Made by a program: the position numbers and the translations under genes. A DNA stretch of 64,000 nt from Elusimicrobiota bacterium (GTDB lineage: Bacteria > Elusimicrobiota > Elusimicrobia > FEN-1173), in the NCBI GenBank assembly GCA_016715645.1, contig JADJZR010000004.1:37269-101268 (forward strand), in the 5' to 3' direction. This document shows, piece by piece, positions 29,597 to 39,655 of the stretch (position 1 is its first letter; every line of letters begins with the position of its first letter). Under the pieces are notes generated by a model. That model searched no databases. It saw only the letters and a program-made list of their open reading frames with translations, and had not been told where the DNA came from.

Positions 29597-30705
29597 ACGT
29601 GGTGGTGGCCCTGTCCGGGGGCGTGGACTCGTCGGTGGCGGCGGCCCTATTAAAAGAGGCCGGCCACAGGGTCATTGGCGTGACGTTAAAACTGTTGCGT
29701 GTGGAAACGGGGTTTGGTTGTTGCGGGTCGACCCGGGACATCACCGACGCTCGCGCGGTGTGCGCCGCGTTGGGCGTCCCCCATTATGTGTTGGATTTTT
29801 CCGACACGTTCCAAAAAAATATTATGGACCCCTTCGTGAATTCCTATTTAACGGGGCAGACCCCCAACCCGTGCATCGCCTGCAACCGATTTGTGAAATT
29901 CGACGCTCTTCTTAAAAAAGCGGTGGGGTTGGGCGCCGACGTTGTGGCCACGGGCCACTACGCCCGGATCGAAACCCGCTCGGAAAACGGGCGCACCATG
30001 CGTTACCTGGCTCGCGCCGCCGATCGACACAAAGACCAATCCTACGTTCTTTATCATTTGGGCCAAGCCGAATTGGCGCGGTTGATGTTTCCAATCGGAG
30101 AGATGACCAAACCCCAGGTGCGCGACGCGGCCCGTCGGTTCAATTTGAAAATAGCCGAGAAAGCCGAGAGCATGGAAATCTGTTTTGTGCCCAACGCCGA
30201 CACCGCGGGTTACGTTCAATTTCGCGCGCGGGAAGAGGGACGTTCGGCGATCACCCTTCAACCGGGGCCGATCAAAAGTTTGGACGGACGAATTTTGGGC
30301 GAGCACAAGGGCGTGGCGTATTACACCCGCGGTCAACGAAGCGGGCTGGGTGTCTCGCTGGGCCGGCCGGCGTATGTGGTGGACTTGGATGCCCAGACCA
30401 ACACGGTGTTTGTGGGGGAAGACGATGAAACCGTATCCCTTCATGCCCAGGTGCGCGAAACAGTGTGGTCGTCGGGCGCCCCGCCAGCGCAACCGGTTCG
30501 GGTCACGGTGCAAATTCGTTCTCGTCCTTCAGACGCTTCGGCCCGGGTGTCGGCCACGTCCACGGGCGCCTCCATTGAGTTTGATGAGCCTCAACGGGCC
30601 GTCACACCCGGTCAGGCCGCCGTTTTTTACATGGACGACCGCGTGATCGGGGGCGGCGTTCTTCATTCGGCCGTGCCTGTGGGCATGCAAGGGCGGGCGG
30701 CGTGA
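29593..30705 (+). CDS. mnmA: tRNA-specific 2-thiouridylase
   Basis: PP-loop SGGVDSSV and MnmA Cys motifs. ATGA overlap with iscU. Confidence 0.85.
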   Translation: MNVVVALSGGVDSSVAAALLKEAGHRVIGVTLKLLRVETGFGCCGSTRDITDARAVCAALGVPHYVLDFSDTFQKNIMDPFVNSYLTGQTPNPCIACNRFVKFDALLKKAVGLGADVVATGHYARIETRSENGRTMRYLARAADRHKDQSYVLYHLGQAELARLMFPIGEMTKPQVRDAARRFNLKIAEKAESMEICFVPNADTAGYVQFRAREEGRSAITLQPGPIKSLDGRILGEHKGVAYYTRGQRSGLGVSLGRPAYVVDLDAQTNTVFVGEDDETVSLHAQVRETVWSSGAPPAQPVRVTVQIRSRPSDASARVSATSTGASIEFDEPQRAVTPGQAAVFYMDDRVIGGGVLHSAVPVGMQGRAA

Positions 30706-31823
30706 ACCATTCCTACGACTTGTTGGTGGTGGGCGGCGGGGTCATCGGTTGTTCGGTGGCGTTTCATTCGGCCAAAAAAGGCGCCAAGGTGATGGTGGTT
30801 CAGAAAGGGCCCATCGGGGGCGAAGCGGTGGCTCTGACCGCGGGGTTGCTGGCCGCGCAGGCCGACGCCGACGAGCCGGGTCCTTTGTTTGATTTGGGGC
30901 GGGCCAGCGCCGCGCTTTTCGCGGGGCAGGTCGATGAGGTTCGAGAATTGTCCGGAATCGATCCGGAATACGAGCCGTGCGGTGTCTGGGTGGCTTCGTC
31001 CACTCAGAAAGGAAAGGATCGGTTGTTGGACAAGATGCGTTGGCAACAGGAGCGATCCCTGGCTGTGGAGTGGTTGGAGCCGGCGGCGGTTAAAGACGTC
31101 CATCCGGGTTTGGGTGAGAACATCGGGGCCGCGTATTTCCCAACGGATGCCCACATCGACAGTGGTCTGTGGACGTTGGGGTTGGCGGAGGCCTCGCGTC
31201 GCAAGGGGGTCCGATTTTTGGACCAGGCCTCCAGCATGGAATTTTTGCGGGAGCGTCGGCGTGTGTCGGGTGTCCGCACGGGGGAAGAAACCCTCTTGGC
31301 CGATCAGGTGGTGTTGGCGGCCGGCGCTTGGACCCCGCGGGTGTTGGACGCGCTTCGCATCTCCATTCCCTTGGAACCCGTGAAAGGACAGCTGATGGTG
31401 TTGGCGGGCGTGCCGCGGGCGTTTCGGGGCCCGGTGTATGCCGGGGCCGGTTATTTGATCCCGCGCTTTGACGGCCGTCTGGTGGTGGGCACCACCTATG
31501 AACGGGCAGGTTATGACACCCGTCCGACCTTGGACGCGCAGCGCTTTCTGGCCGATTGGGCCGCGCGCTGGTGCCCGGGTTTACGGGACTTGCCGGTGGT
31601 GGATTTTCAGGGGGGATTGCGGCCCGGGACACCCGATGGCGGTCCGTTGATGGGCCGGTTGTGGGATTACGACAATTTGTTTATCGCGAGCGGCCATTAT
31701 AAAAGCGGCATCTTGTTGTCGGCGTTTACCGGACACTACATGGCCGACGGAATTTTGGGCGGACGATGGGACCCCCTGGGCGCGTCCTTTTTGCCGGAAC
31801 GGTTTCGGGAGAAACCCAGTTGA
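30702..31823 (+). CDS. FAD-dependent oxidoreductase (glycine/D-amino-acid oxidase, ThiO/DadA family)
   Basis: N-terminal Rossmann motif DLLVVGGGVIGCSVA and DAO-family length. Confidence 0.7.
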   Translation: MNHSYDLLVVGGGVIGCSVAFHSAKKGAKVMVVQKGPIGGEAVALTAGLLAAQADADEPGPLFDLGRASAALFAGQVDEVRELSGIDPEYEPCGVWVASSTQKGKDRLLDKMRWQQERSLAVEWLEPAAVKDVHPGLGENIGAAYFPTDAHIDSGLWTLGLAEASRRKGVRFLDQASSMEFLRERRRVSGVRTGEETLLADQVVLAAGAWTPRVLDALRISIPLEPVKGQLMVLAGVPRAFRGPVYAGAGYLIPRFDGRLVVGTTYERAGYDTRPTLDAQRFLADWAARWCPGLRDLPVVDFQGGLRPGTPDGGPLMGRLWDYDNLFIASGHYKSGILLSAFTGHYMADGILGGRWDPLGASFLPERFREKPS

Positions 31824-33010
31824 CCGCCGCGCCGGACGTGGATCAATTACTGCGGGGGAGCGTGCAGGTGTTTTCCCGCGCGGGCCTGGCAGAAAAGGCG
31901 GCGGGAAACCGTCCGTTGCGGGTGAAATACGGTGTGGACCCCACGTCCCCCGACCTCCATTTGGGCCACACGGTGCCGCTGAACGCGTTGAGGGCTTTTC
32001 AAGAGGCGGGGCACACGGCGGTGCTTATCATTGGCGATTACACGGCGCGGGTGGGAGACCCTTCCGGTCGATCGGAAACCCGACCGCCCCTTTCCGCCGA
32101 GTCGGTTGCGGCCCACGCCCAAACCTATCTCCAACAGGTGTTCAAGGTGTTGGACGAAAAGCGGACGGAGGTCCGCTGGAATGCCGAATGGCTCACCCCC
32201 CTGTTCGCCAACACCGACCCGGACCCTGGTCGGCGATTGTTGGGGTTGATGGCCCGGCACACCGTCCAGCAGTTGACGGAACGGGAGGATTTTCAAAAAC
32301 GGCTCGCTTCCAAAACGCCCATTTCCCTGTTGGAGTTGCTCTATCCGTTGATGCAGGGCTACGATTCCGTGGCGGTGAAAGCGGACGTGGAAATCGGGGG
32401 GACCGACCAACTGTTCAATCTGCTGATGGGTCGGGAAATCCAAAAAGATTTTGGCCAGAGCGTCCAGGTGGTGATCACCTTTCCGTTGTTGGAAGGGACC
32501 GACGGGGTGCGAAAAATGTCCAAGTCCTATGGGAACGCCATTTCCCTCAACGATACGCCGGAGGACATGTTCGGTAAAATCCTGTCGTTGTCCGATGAAA
32601 TGATGTGGAAATATTATCACCTGTTGACCCGCGAAGACGTGGCCGCTCTCAAGGCGGGCCATCCTCTGGACGTTAAAAAGAAGTTGGGGGAAATTGTGGT
32701 AACGCGGTTTCACGGAGGCGAGGCGGCCCGGGCCGCCCGGACGGGGTTTGAGCGGGTGTTCTCAAACCGGGAAACACCCGCGGAGATCGACGATCACGTT
32801 TTGTCAAAATCCCCATTGCGGTTGTCGGAAATATTGGTGGAATCAAAACTGGCTCCGTCCAAAAACGAGGCCCGTCGGTTGATCCAACAGAAAGCCGTCG
32901 ATTTGGCCGGCGAACGGGTCGCGCAAGACAGAGAGGTGACGGTTCATTCCCCTCTTCTCCTGAAAGTGGGCAAGCGGCAGTTTCGGCGGTTGATGCCCCC
33001 CGCTCTGTGA
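31820..33010 (+). CDS. tyrS: tyrosine--tRNA ligase
   Basis: HIGH (HLGH) and KMSKS motifs and a C-terminal S4-like domain. Start tentative (TTG overlapping the upstream stop). Confidence 0.85.
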   Translation: MTAAPDVDQLLRGSVQVFSRAGLAEKAAGNRPLRVKYGVDPTSPDLHLGHTVPLNALRAFQEAGHTAVLIIGDYTARVGDPSGRSETRPPLSAESVAAHAQTYLQQVFKVLDEKRTEVRWNAEWLTPLFANTDPDPGRRLLGLMARHTVQQLTEREDFQKRLASKTPISLLELLYPLMQGYDSVAVKADVEIGGTDQLFNLLMGREIQKDFGQSVQVVITFPLLEGTDGVRKMSKSYGNAISLNDTPEDMFGKILSLSDEMMWKYYHLLTREDVAALKAGHPLDVKKKLGEIVVTRFHGGEAARAARTGFERVFSNRETPAEIDDHVLSKSPLRLSEILVESKLAPSKNEARRLIQQKAVDLAGERVAQDREVTVHSPLLLKVGKRQFRRLMPPAL

Positions 33011-33879
33011 AAGGATATTCTTTCCTCCGATCAGCCGGTCGGTTGGCCCGGGCCACGATTCAGCATTGGCGAGAAGATCATTGTTCCCTCATTGCCGCGG
33101 GGTTGGCCTACTACGCGGTCATTTCGCTGGTTCCCCTTTTTATTTTGGCGTTGGCGCTAAGCGGAAAATTGTTAGGGCCCGCCGCTTCCATGAAAAAATT
33201 GGCCCCCGCCCTGGAAGGCGTTATGGGATCGCAAATTGCCCGCCCGCTTGAGGGGTTGATCGAGCAAGCATCGAAAAAGAGTGTTCGGGGGGCATCGATG
33301 GTCAGCCTGGGGATTTTGGTGTGGGTCGCGTCGATCATTTTCAGCAATTTGCGCCGGGCTTTGAATTTGGTGTGGGATTGTCCCGCGGCCGGAGGTGTGC
33401 GCGGAGCTCTGGCGGACAGAATGATTTCCTTCGCCATGGTGATGGGGGTTGGGTTGTTGGTGGGGTTGTTCGCTCTGCTGAACGCGGGGCTGGGTATGAT
33501 CCGGGGGTTTTTGGATCCTTACGCGCCGTTTTTGGGTCATATCCCTTTTTGGCAAGGAGTTAATTTGCTTCTTTTTTTGGGTTCCCTCATGCTCTTTTGG
33601 AGCATGGTTTATAAATTTCTTCCGGCGTTAAAATTGCGTTGGCGCGATGTGTGGGTGGGTGCGTTTACCACGTCGGTGCTGGTGACGATCGGCGCGTTCG
33701 GGCTGGGCATCTACTTCAGCCATGTGAAGTTTTGGTCGATTTTCGGCGTCGCCACGTCGGTGATGTTGGTGCTGGTCTGGATCTATGTCACCGCCCAAAT
33801 CTTTTTATTGGGCGCCGAGTTCACCTGGGCTTGGGCCCATCGCCACCTACCGCTCAACGAATCGAACGGGCCGATCTGA
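33007..33879 (+). CDS. YihY/BrkB family membrane protein
   Basis: YihY-family TM topology and the LAYYAVISLVPL motif. Confidence 0.75.
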   Translation: MKGYSFLRSAGRLARATIQHWREDHCSLIAAGLAYYAVISLVPLFILALALSGKLLGPAASMKKLAPALEGVMGSQIARPLEGLIEQASKKSVRGASMVSLGILVWVASIIFSNLRRALNLVWDCPAAGGVRGALADRMISFAMVMGVGLLVGLFALLNAGLGMIRGFLDPYAPFLGHIPFWQGVNLLLFLGSLMLFWSMVYKFLPALKLRWRDVWVGAFTTSVLVTIGAFGLGIYFSHVKFWSIFGVATSVMLVLVWIYVTAQIFLLGAEFTWAWAHRHLPLNESNGPI

Positions 33880-34959
33880 GCGGGGAACAACCTTGAGATG
33901 GTGGGGTTGCGTCATGACCGCCAAAAAGCTCTTGTCCGATTGGATGTCCGGCGTGGAGAGATGATACTCGACGAGCGTTTCCACGGCGGTTGAAGAAACC
34001 TTTGTTACCTCTACGCTGTACCCGCTGGACCCTTTGTCCCCAGCAAACACGCCCACCACCATCTGGGCATTAAAATCAACAGGGGGGACGGGCGCGGGCG
34101 GATAATGGATCGACTGATGTTCGACCCAGAAAGCGTCCCACTCTTTCACCGAACGAATAATTATTTCCCGCGCGTCGGTAACGCCGCTCGAATCTCCCTG
34201 CCATTCCGGGAGGGGTGGCGCCGGCCCGCGTTTCGTCGAAATCGTCTCATTCGTCTCTTTTAGACGGGTCTGCCTGGGTTCCATCCTTATTGCGTTGGCG
34301 GTTGATCCAAATTCTTCCTCAAACACGAACTGTTTGCTTGGCACCGGCGGAGTGGCATTCCCGACGCCCTTTGCGGAAGACAGTGAAATATTTTCCCCGC
34401 TTTCTATGGAACGACGTATTGTTCCTGCCGCGCCGGGGGATGCGAGGGAATTTTTTTCATCCGACGCGGTCTTTTTTTTGTCTTTTCGGATGGGATCGGC
34501 GGACAGGCTGAGGGGCACGGCAGAATCTGCTGAGGGTTTCTCTTGTTTGTTCTCCCGAAAAGCCGATGGCGCGATCGATCGGTCGGCCATCATGGCCGGC
34601 GTTGCCCCTTCCAACTGGGACATCTCCCTTCTGGACTTGGAGAGGAAAAACGATGGTTTGGAATCCTGAAAAACATAAATCATGACCAGGGCCGCGGCCA
34701 TGGCCGTCACGAGAGAAACGCTCCAGGGGGCCCATCGGCGGGGTCGAATACGGGTTTTGTTTAAGACCCGAGCATAAAAATCCGCGGGCGGCTCTTGGGC
34801 CGGTACCGACTTGATCAGTGGGCCCAAAGCGCGCAGTCGAGCCAGGTCGGTTCTCAGTTCCGGGGATTCGGCCAGGGCCCGGTCCACCTGAGCTTTTTCC
34901 GCCGCCGAGAGGGCCCCATCTACGTACGCCGACAACTGTTCGTGGGAAACCGGTTTCAT
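33847..34959 (-). CDS. anti-sigma factor (membrane-spanning, N-terminal anti-sigma motif)
   Basis: N-terminal HEQLSAYVDGAL anti-sigma signature and a single TM segment. Overlaps the ECF sigma gene by 4 nt. Confidence 0.7.
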   Translation of the reverse strand: MKPVSHEQLSAYVDGALSAAEKAQVDRALAESPELRTDLARLRALGPLIKSVPAQEPPADFYARVLNKTRIRPRRWAPWSVSLVTAMAAALVMIYVFQDSKPSFFLSKSRREMSQLEGATPAMMADRSIAPSAFRENKQEKPSADSAVPLSLSADPIRKDKKKTASDEKNSLASPGAAGTIRRSIESGENISLSSAKGVGNATPPVPSKQFVFEEEFGSTANAIRMEPRQTRLKETNETISTKRGPAPPLPEWQGDSSGVTDAREIIIRSVKEWDAFWVEHQSIHYPPAPVPPVDFNAQMVVGVFAGDKGSSGYSVEVTKVSSTAVETLVEYHLSTPDIQSDKSFLAVMTQPHHLKVVPRSDRPVRFVER

Positions 34960-35546
34960 AGGTCCCTCAACACAGGAGCCAATTTGGCTTTCAGGGCCGT
35001 ACGCGCCCGGGCCATGCGGGATTTCACGGTGCCCAAGGGAAGGTCCAGTAAATCGGCGATTTCTTCATAACTTTTGTCCTCCATCTCCCGAAGAACCAGG
35101 GCGGCCCGTTCGTGGGGCGGCAAACTCGCCAGAGCGGTCTGAATCAAACGGTTGCGATCTGCAATCTCGGCGGGGGCGTCGGTTTGGTCGTTGGGGTCCG
35201 CCAGCTCCATGGGAAGAGGATCGTCGTCTTCATCGCTTGGCGGGCCCGCAAAGATTGAAATGTGTTTCCAGAAAAACCGCCGCTTTTCATAGCGCACCCT
35301 ATTTTTCCACAGATTGACGCAGATTCGGTAGACCCAAGACCCAAAATCCGCTTCCCCGCGAAATTGGCCAAACCGACGATAGGCGGTGATGAACGTTTCC
35401 TGGGCCAGATCGTCTCCGTCGGTGGTGTTGCCGCACAGTCGGACCGCCAAGGCGTAGATCCGCGCTCCGTGACGGCGAAAGAGCGGTTCAAAGTCCGTCT
35501 CTGATTGATTAGACCCTTCCGGATCTGAAAAGTTCCCGGGTTCCAC
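34956..35546 (-). CDS. RNA polymerase ECF-type sigma factor
   Basis: Sigma-70 regions 2 and 4 (..DLAQETFI..; ..EEIADLLDLPLGTVKSR..). Confidence 0.85.
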   Translation of the reverse strand: MEPGNFSDPEGSNQSETDFEPLFRRHGARIYALAVRLCGNTTDGDDLAQETFITAYRRFGQFRGEADFGSWVYRICVNLWKNRVRYEKRRFFWKHISIFAGPPSDEDDDPLPMELADPNDQTDAPAEIADRNRLIQTALASLPPHERAALVLREMEDKSYEEIADLLDLPLGTVKSRMARARTALKAKLAPVLRDL

Positions 35547-35634
35547 ACGAGTAGAATAGCAAACGAGCCTTTCCGATCACAACGGGAAGTTCGTATAATG
35601 AGATCGCAATTGAGATCTTTAAGGAGCGTCAATC

Positions 35635-36273
35635 ATGGGAAAACTGGTATTGGTTCGGCATGGGCAATCGCAGTGGAATTTGGAAAACCGGTTCACCGGC
35701 TGGGTGGATGCGCCGTTAACGGAAACTGGGGAAAAAGAAGCCCGACGGGCGGGGGAGCATTTGAAGGGCATGAAATTCAATCGGGCTTTCACGTCCGTTC
35801 TTCAGCGGGCCCAAAAAACCTTAGCGAACATCCTTGACGTGGTGGGCCAGACAGGTATTCCGACCGAAAAAAATCAGGCTTTAAACGAACGGCACTATGG
35901 GGCTCTGCAGGGTCTTAACAAGGAGGAGACGGCCAAAAAGTTTGGCGCCGACCAGGTCAAGATTTGGCGGCGCAGTTACGATGTTCCTCCCCCTAAGGAC
36001 AAAACCGACATGAATCCCGAAGGGATTGCGGAAAGTTTGAAAGACACCGCCGCCCGTACCTTGCCTTACTTTTACAGCGCCATTCTGCCCCACGTGAAAA
36101 AAGGGGAAACCGTTCTTGTGGCGGCTCACGGAAACAGCCTTCGCTCCATCGTCATGGACCTTGATAAACTGACCAAAGAACAGGTGTTGGAACTCAACCT
36201 GGACACGGGCGTGCCCATCGTCTATGAGTTGGACGATCGCGGACGCGTGCTGGACAAAAAAGTTCTCAAGTAA
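35635..36273 (+). CDS. gpmA: 2,3-bisphosphoglycerate-dependent phosphoglycerate mutase
   Basis: Motif [10 protein letters not shown] and the histidine-phosphatase fold. Confidence 0.85.
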   Translation: MGKLVLVRHGQSQWNLENRFTGWVDAPLTETGEKEARRAGEHLKGMKFNRAFTSVLQRAQKTLANILDVVGQTGIPTEKNQALNERHYGALQGLNKEETAKKFGADQVKIWRRSYDVPPPKDKTDMNPEGIAESLKDTAARTLPYFYSAILPHVKKGETVLVAAHGNSLRSIVMDLDKLTKEQVLELNLDTGVPIVYELDDRGRVLDKKVLK

Positions 36274-37182
36274 TTATTTTTTATCGATCGTTGGTAACTG
36301 CTCAGGTCCCTCACCCTGCCCTCTCCCAAGAGGAGAGGGAAATTCTTTGTATTCCTTCCCCTCTTGGGGGAAGGTGCCCCGAAGGGGCGGATGAGGGACC
36401 TGGGTAGTTACGATTGTTGAGTAAATATTCTCGGCTTCTGGCATCCATTTTTGCAGGTCGCGGATGCGGGTTTCGTGGCTGGGGTGGGTGGATAAAAACT
36501 GGGGCGGAGATTTGCCTCCGGAAGCCGATTCCATTCGTGTCCAGAAGGCCAACGCTTCCCGGGGATCGTAACCGGCTTTCGCCATATAAATGAGGCCCAT
36601 TCGGTCCGCCTCAGATTCTTGGCTCCGACCGAACGGCATGATCGCGCCGAAGGTCGCCCCCAAACCAAAAGCTTGAAGGGCCAATTGCCGTGTTTCAGCG
36701 GGTTTCTTGCTCATGGCCGCTTCCAGGGTTTGGCCGCCCAGTTGGAGAAGGATCCCTTGGGTCATTCGTTCGGCGCCGTGTTTGGCGATGGCGTGGGCAA
36801 TTTCGTGGCCCAAAACAACGGCCAGGCCCGTTTCCGTTTTTGTGATGGGCAAAAGCCCGGTGTAAACCGCCACCTTACCGCCGGGAAGGCAGAAGGCGTT
36901 TTGGTTTTTGGGGTCGTCGATCAGGACGTACTCCCACGGATAGTCCGGCCGGTCGGAGACGCGGGCAATCCGCTCGCCCACCCGGCGAACCATGGCCGCG
37001 GCGGCGGTATCGGGTGACGCTTTGGAGGTGCCGATCACTTCGCGGTAAGCGTTTGTTCCCAGGGCCAGTTCTTGGTCTTCGGAGATAATATTAAAGGACC
37101 GTCGGCCCGACACGGGCACCGTGGCGCACGCCGCCATCACGAACGGGGCGAGGATCCAAAACGCAACAGGGATTCGTTTCAT
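36274..37182 (-). CDS. M48 family zinc metallopeptidase (lipoprotein-like); 3' end reads through the palindromic element
   Basis: HEIAH zinc motif (VLGHEIAHAIAKHGAE) and a lipoprotein-like signal (..VMAAC). Confidence 0.75.
   Translation of the reverse strand: MKRIPVAFWILAPFVMAACATVPVSGRRSFNIISEDQELALGTNAYREVIGTSKASPDTAAAAMVRRVGERIARVSDRPDYPWEYVLIDDPKNQNAFCLPGGKVAVYTGLLPITKTETGLAVVLGHEIAHAIAKHGAERMTQGILLQLGGQTLEAAMSKKPAETRQLALQAFGLGATFGAIMPFGRSQESEADRMGLIYMAKAGYDPREALAFWTRMESASGGKSPPQFLSTHPSHETRIRDLQKWMPEAENIYSTIVTTQVPHPPLRGTFPQEGKEYKEFPSPLGRGQGEGPEQLPTIDKK
36301..36404. repeat. cloverleaf-like nested palindrome: 13-bp closing stem enclosing three hairpins
   Basis: Outer stem 36301-36313 pairs with 36392-36404. 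Hairpin A 36319-26/36332-39, hairpin B 36354-61/36367-74, hairpin C 36376-80/36384-88. Lies between the convergent gpmA and M48 genes. Confidence 0.7.
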
Positions 37183-37220
37183 AGGGGCTATTATATAAAA
37201 CCTCAGCAAGGGAGACGATT

Positions 37221-37880
37221 GTGATTGGACACATTACCGAATGGATCTTGGAGGCCCTCCGAACCAATGGAGGGTGGAGCGTTTTTTGGGGCGTTTTAAT
37301 TGAGCAGGTGATCGTGCCCATTCCGTCGCCGGCCATCATCATGGGGGCCGGGTTCATTTTGATCCCCGCCGAATCAACGTGGTCGGCGGCTCTTATGAAA
37401 TCGTCCCTTGAAATCGTGTTGCCCGGCGTGTTGGCGTCCACGATGGGGGCCATCGGCATGTACTACCTCGGGCATCTGGGCGGAAAAGTGCTTGTGGACA
37501 AATTCCAAAAATATTTGGGGTTTCAGTGGTCGGACGTGGAAAGCATCGGCGCCCATTTCAGCCGTCGGGGGGAAGAAATTTCGTTGTTTCTCCTTCGCGC
37601 GGCGCCCATCGTGCCCCTCTCGTTGATCTCTGTGGCGGCGGGGGTGTTAAAGGTCCCCGTCGGACTCTTTGTGGTTTGGTCGGTGCTGGGAACCATCGTG
37701 CGGTGTTACCTGTTGGCGATCCTGGGGTGGCAAATGGGCGGAAAGGCTTTGGAAGTGGCCCGGGGCGTGAACCGGTTTGAAAGTCTGATTTCCGTTGTGA
37801 TCGCCCTGGGCGTGGTGGCCGGCATCCTCTACGTCCGGCACCGGGTTCGAAAGGGGTTTGGGTCGAACAAACAGGCGTAA
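37221..37880 (+). CDS. DedA/VTT-domain family membrane protein
   Basis: LIEQVIVPIPSPAII..GAGF resembles the DedA core. Multi-TM. Confidence 0.55.
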   Translation: MIGHITEWILEALRTNGGWSVFWGVLIEQVIVPIPSPAIIMGAGFILIPAESTWSAALMKSSLEIVLPGVLASTMGAIGMYYLGHLGGKVLVDKFQKYLGFQWSDVESIGAHFSRRGEEISLFLLRAAPIVPLSLISVAAGVLKVPVGLFVVWSVLGTIVRCYLLAILGWQMGGKALEVARGVNRFESLISVVIALGVVAGILYVRHRVRKGFGSNKQA

Positions 37881-37901
37881 CCCGGTCAAAAAAAGGTTCA
37901 A

Positions 37902-39593
37902 TTAAAGCGTGTCGAAGTAGGCCGCCATTTCGCGGGCGGTTCGGTCCACGCTGACATCGGGCGTCACGGCCAAGGCCGCCCTCAGAAGCGCCGCCCGTTG
38001 AACGGGGTTTTGGAAGGCTGTGTTAAAATCTTTCAATGCTTTCAAAAACGAGTCCACGTCCGGTTGGTCGTTGGAGTAGCTGACGCCGTACCCGTTGGCT
38101 TGCCGGCCAGGTGGGACGGCTCCCTCAAAAAACACGAACTCAGGCACGGCTCCATCCGGATTGGCGATGACGGCGCCGCCGTTCATTTGGGCTTTCATGA
38201 ACCCCGTGGCCGACGCTTCCCGGCCGTCGTCGGACAACATCACCGATCCGTCGGCTCCGTGGAACAACCGGGGCGCCTCCAGCACGTTGTAATTGTGCAG
38301 GAAGATCACTCGTTCGCCCAATTCTTCGTCCCGGTTTAAAAATTCCACCAACCCGTACACCATTTTTTCCGAGACATTGTCGCGCTGGTAAATACGTCCT
38401 CCCACCACCAACACCACCTGAGTGTCCAAGAACGCCTTGCGCCGGACCGGGTCGTGAAAAATGCGTTCCAAAATGTCCAGCCGTTTGTAGCTGGTGATGC
38501 GCCGCGTCCAGAGCGCGACCGGATGGGCGCGCATTTTTTTGGCCCAATGGGGCCACAGCAGGGCTCGGCGCCACAGCCATTCCAGAAATTCGCCTTTCAG
38601 TTTTTCTTTCACCGCAATCAAGTCCTTGTCCGAAAGCGAGGCCGATCCCGCGTAGGCCGGATGTTGCCACAGAGCGACGCTGACGCCGTTGGTCACGTGT
38701 TGAATTTTGGTCGCCTGCGATCTCAGGGAAGGCATGGCGCGCATCACGCGGGCGTGTTTTTCCGCCACGCCGAACGCCCCGTTGGAAATGCCGATCAGCA
38801 TTTGGGTAATGTCCACCCGCCCGTCTCTCAGGAACGGGGAATAGGCGGTGGGGCTCATCCGTGTAAGTTCCAACACCTCTTTCGGCCAGATGGGATGGGC
38901 GTACTCCAGGGGTGTGTGATCGTTAAACACGGTTTTAGCGTCGGCGAAAAGCGGGTCGGTGGCCAAAGCGTCGTTGACCAGTGTGGGATGGCCGAAGAGG
39001 GTGGGCGTTTCGCTCATGACAACCATGTCCGGTTTAAACCCGATGGCTTTGGCCAACGCTAAGGCGCCTCGGCCCACCAACCAGCTTTGGAGCAAACGTT
39101 GCCGTTCGGCCCAGGCGTTGGTGTCGAAGGTGTTGGGAGGCGCGTCTTCGGCGCAGGGGTAAACCACGTCGGTGATCTCGGGGCAATCCAAAAAGTAGAC
39201 CGGCGCCATGCCGAAAAAAGCTTCCCAAACTTTCACGTTAACCGTCCGTCCGTCGAACAGGGGGAGGTCCAACGTGAATTCGGCTTTTGTTAATATTTCT
39301 CGAAGCGCTCGGCCGGCTGACACCCGCTCCAAGATGAGGTGGTTCCAGTCGTGCCACGCTTGGCTCCAGACGGTGTTGTAGAGGAGAGAAACGCCCACCA
39401 CATCGACGCCCTGTTCTTTTTGGGCGATGACCCGTTCGCGCAGGAGGGGCCCGATGCCGCCCACCGACGTGGACATCGCGGCCGCTTGGGCGGCTTCCAG
39501 GCCGAACTTTTTTTCCACGGCCGAGAGAATCTCCGGTGTGAGGGCCATTTCCATAGCGACTTCCAGGATGCGGCGCGGGGCGGCGGGGTTCAT
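37902..39593 (-). CDS. alpha-glucan phosphorylase-family (GT35-like) protein, second copy
   Basis: N-terminal SxGGIGxL...GVSLLY pattern characteristic of the short alpha-glucan phosphorylases. 563 aa. Confidence 0.5.
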   Translation of the reverse strand: MNPAAPRRILEVAMEMALTPEILSAVEKKFGLEAAQAAAMSTSVGGIGPLLRERVIAQKEQGVDVVGVSLLYNTVWSQAWHDWNHLILERVSAGRALREILTKAEFTLDLPLFDGRTVNVKVWEAFFGMAPVYFLDCPEITDVVYPCAEDAPPNTFDTNAWAERQRLLQSWLVGRGALALAKAIGFKPDMVVMSETPTLFGHPTLVNDALATDPLFADAKTVFNDHTPLEYAHPIWPKEVLELTRMSPTAYSPFLRDGRVDITQMLIGISNGAFGVAEKHARVMRAMPSLRSQATKIQHVTNGVSVALWQHPAYAGSASLSDKDLIAVKEKLKGEFLEWLWRRALLWPHWAKKMRAHPVALWTRRITSYKRLDILERIFHDPVRRKAFLDTQVVLVVGGRIYQRDNVSEKMVYGLVEFLNRDEELGERVIFLHNYNVLEAPRLFHGADGSVMLSDDGREASATGFMKAQMNGGAVIANPDGAVPEFVFFEGAVPPGRQANGYGVSYSNDQPDVDSFLKALKDFNTAFQNPVQRAALLRAALAVTPDVSVDRTAREMAAYFDTL

Positions 39594-39655
39594 GGGCTCG
39601 TTATGATAACAATTTTGGTAAAATGCGGCTTCAATTCACCGATCGAGGTCAAACC

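Noticed and set aside
36274-36420. Treating the last ~45 codons of the M48 peptidase ORF as a genuine C-terminal domain.
   Set aside because: The segment is encoded by the nested palindrome and is low-complexity (PLGRGQGEGPEQ). Stop-free read-through of ~130 nt has a non-negligible chance probability (~0.1), so it is recorded with the repeat rather than claimed as a domain.
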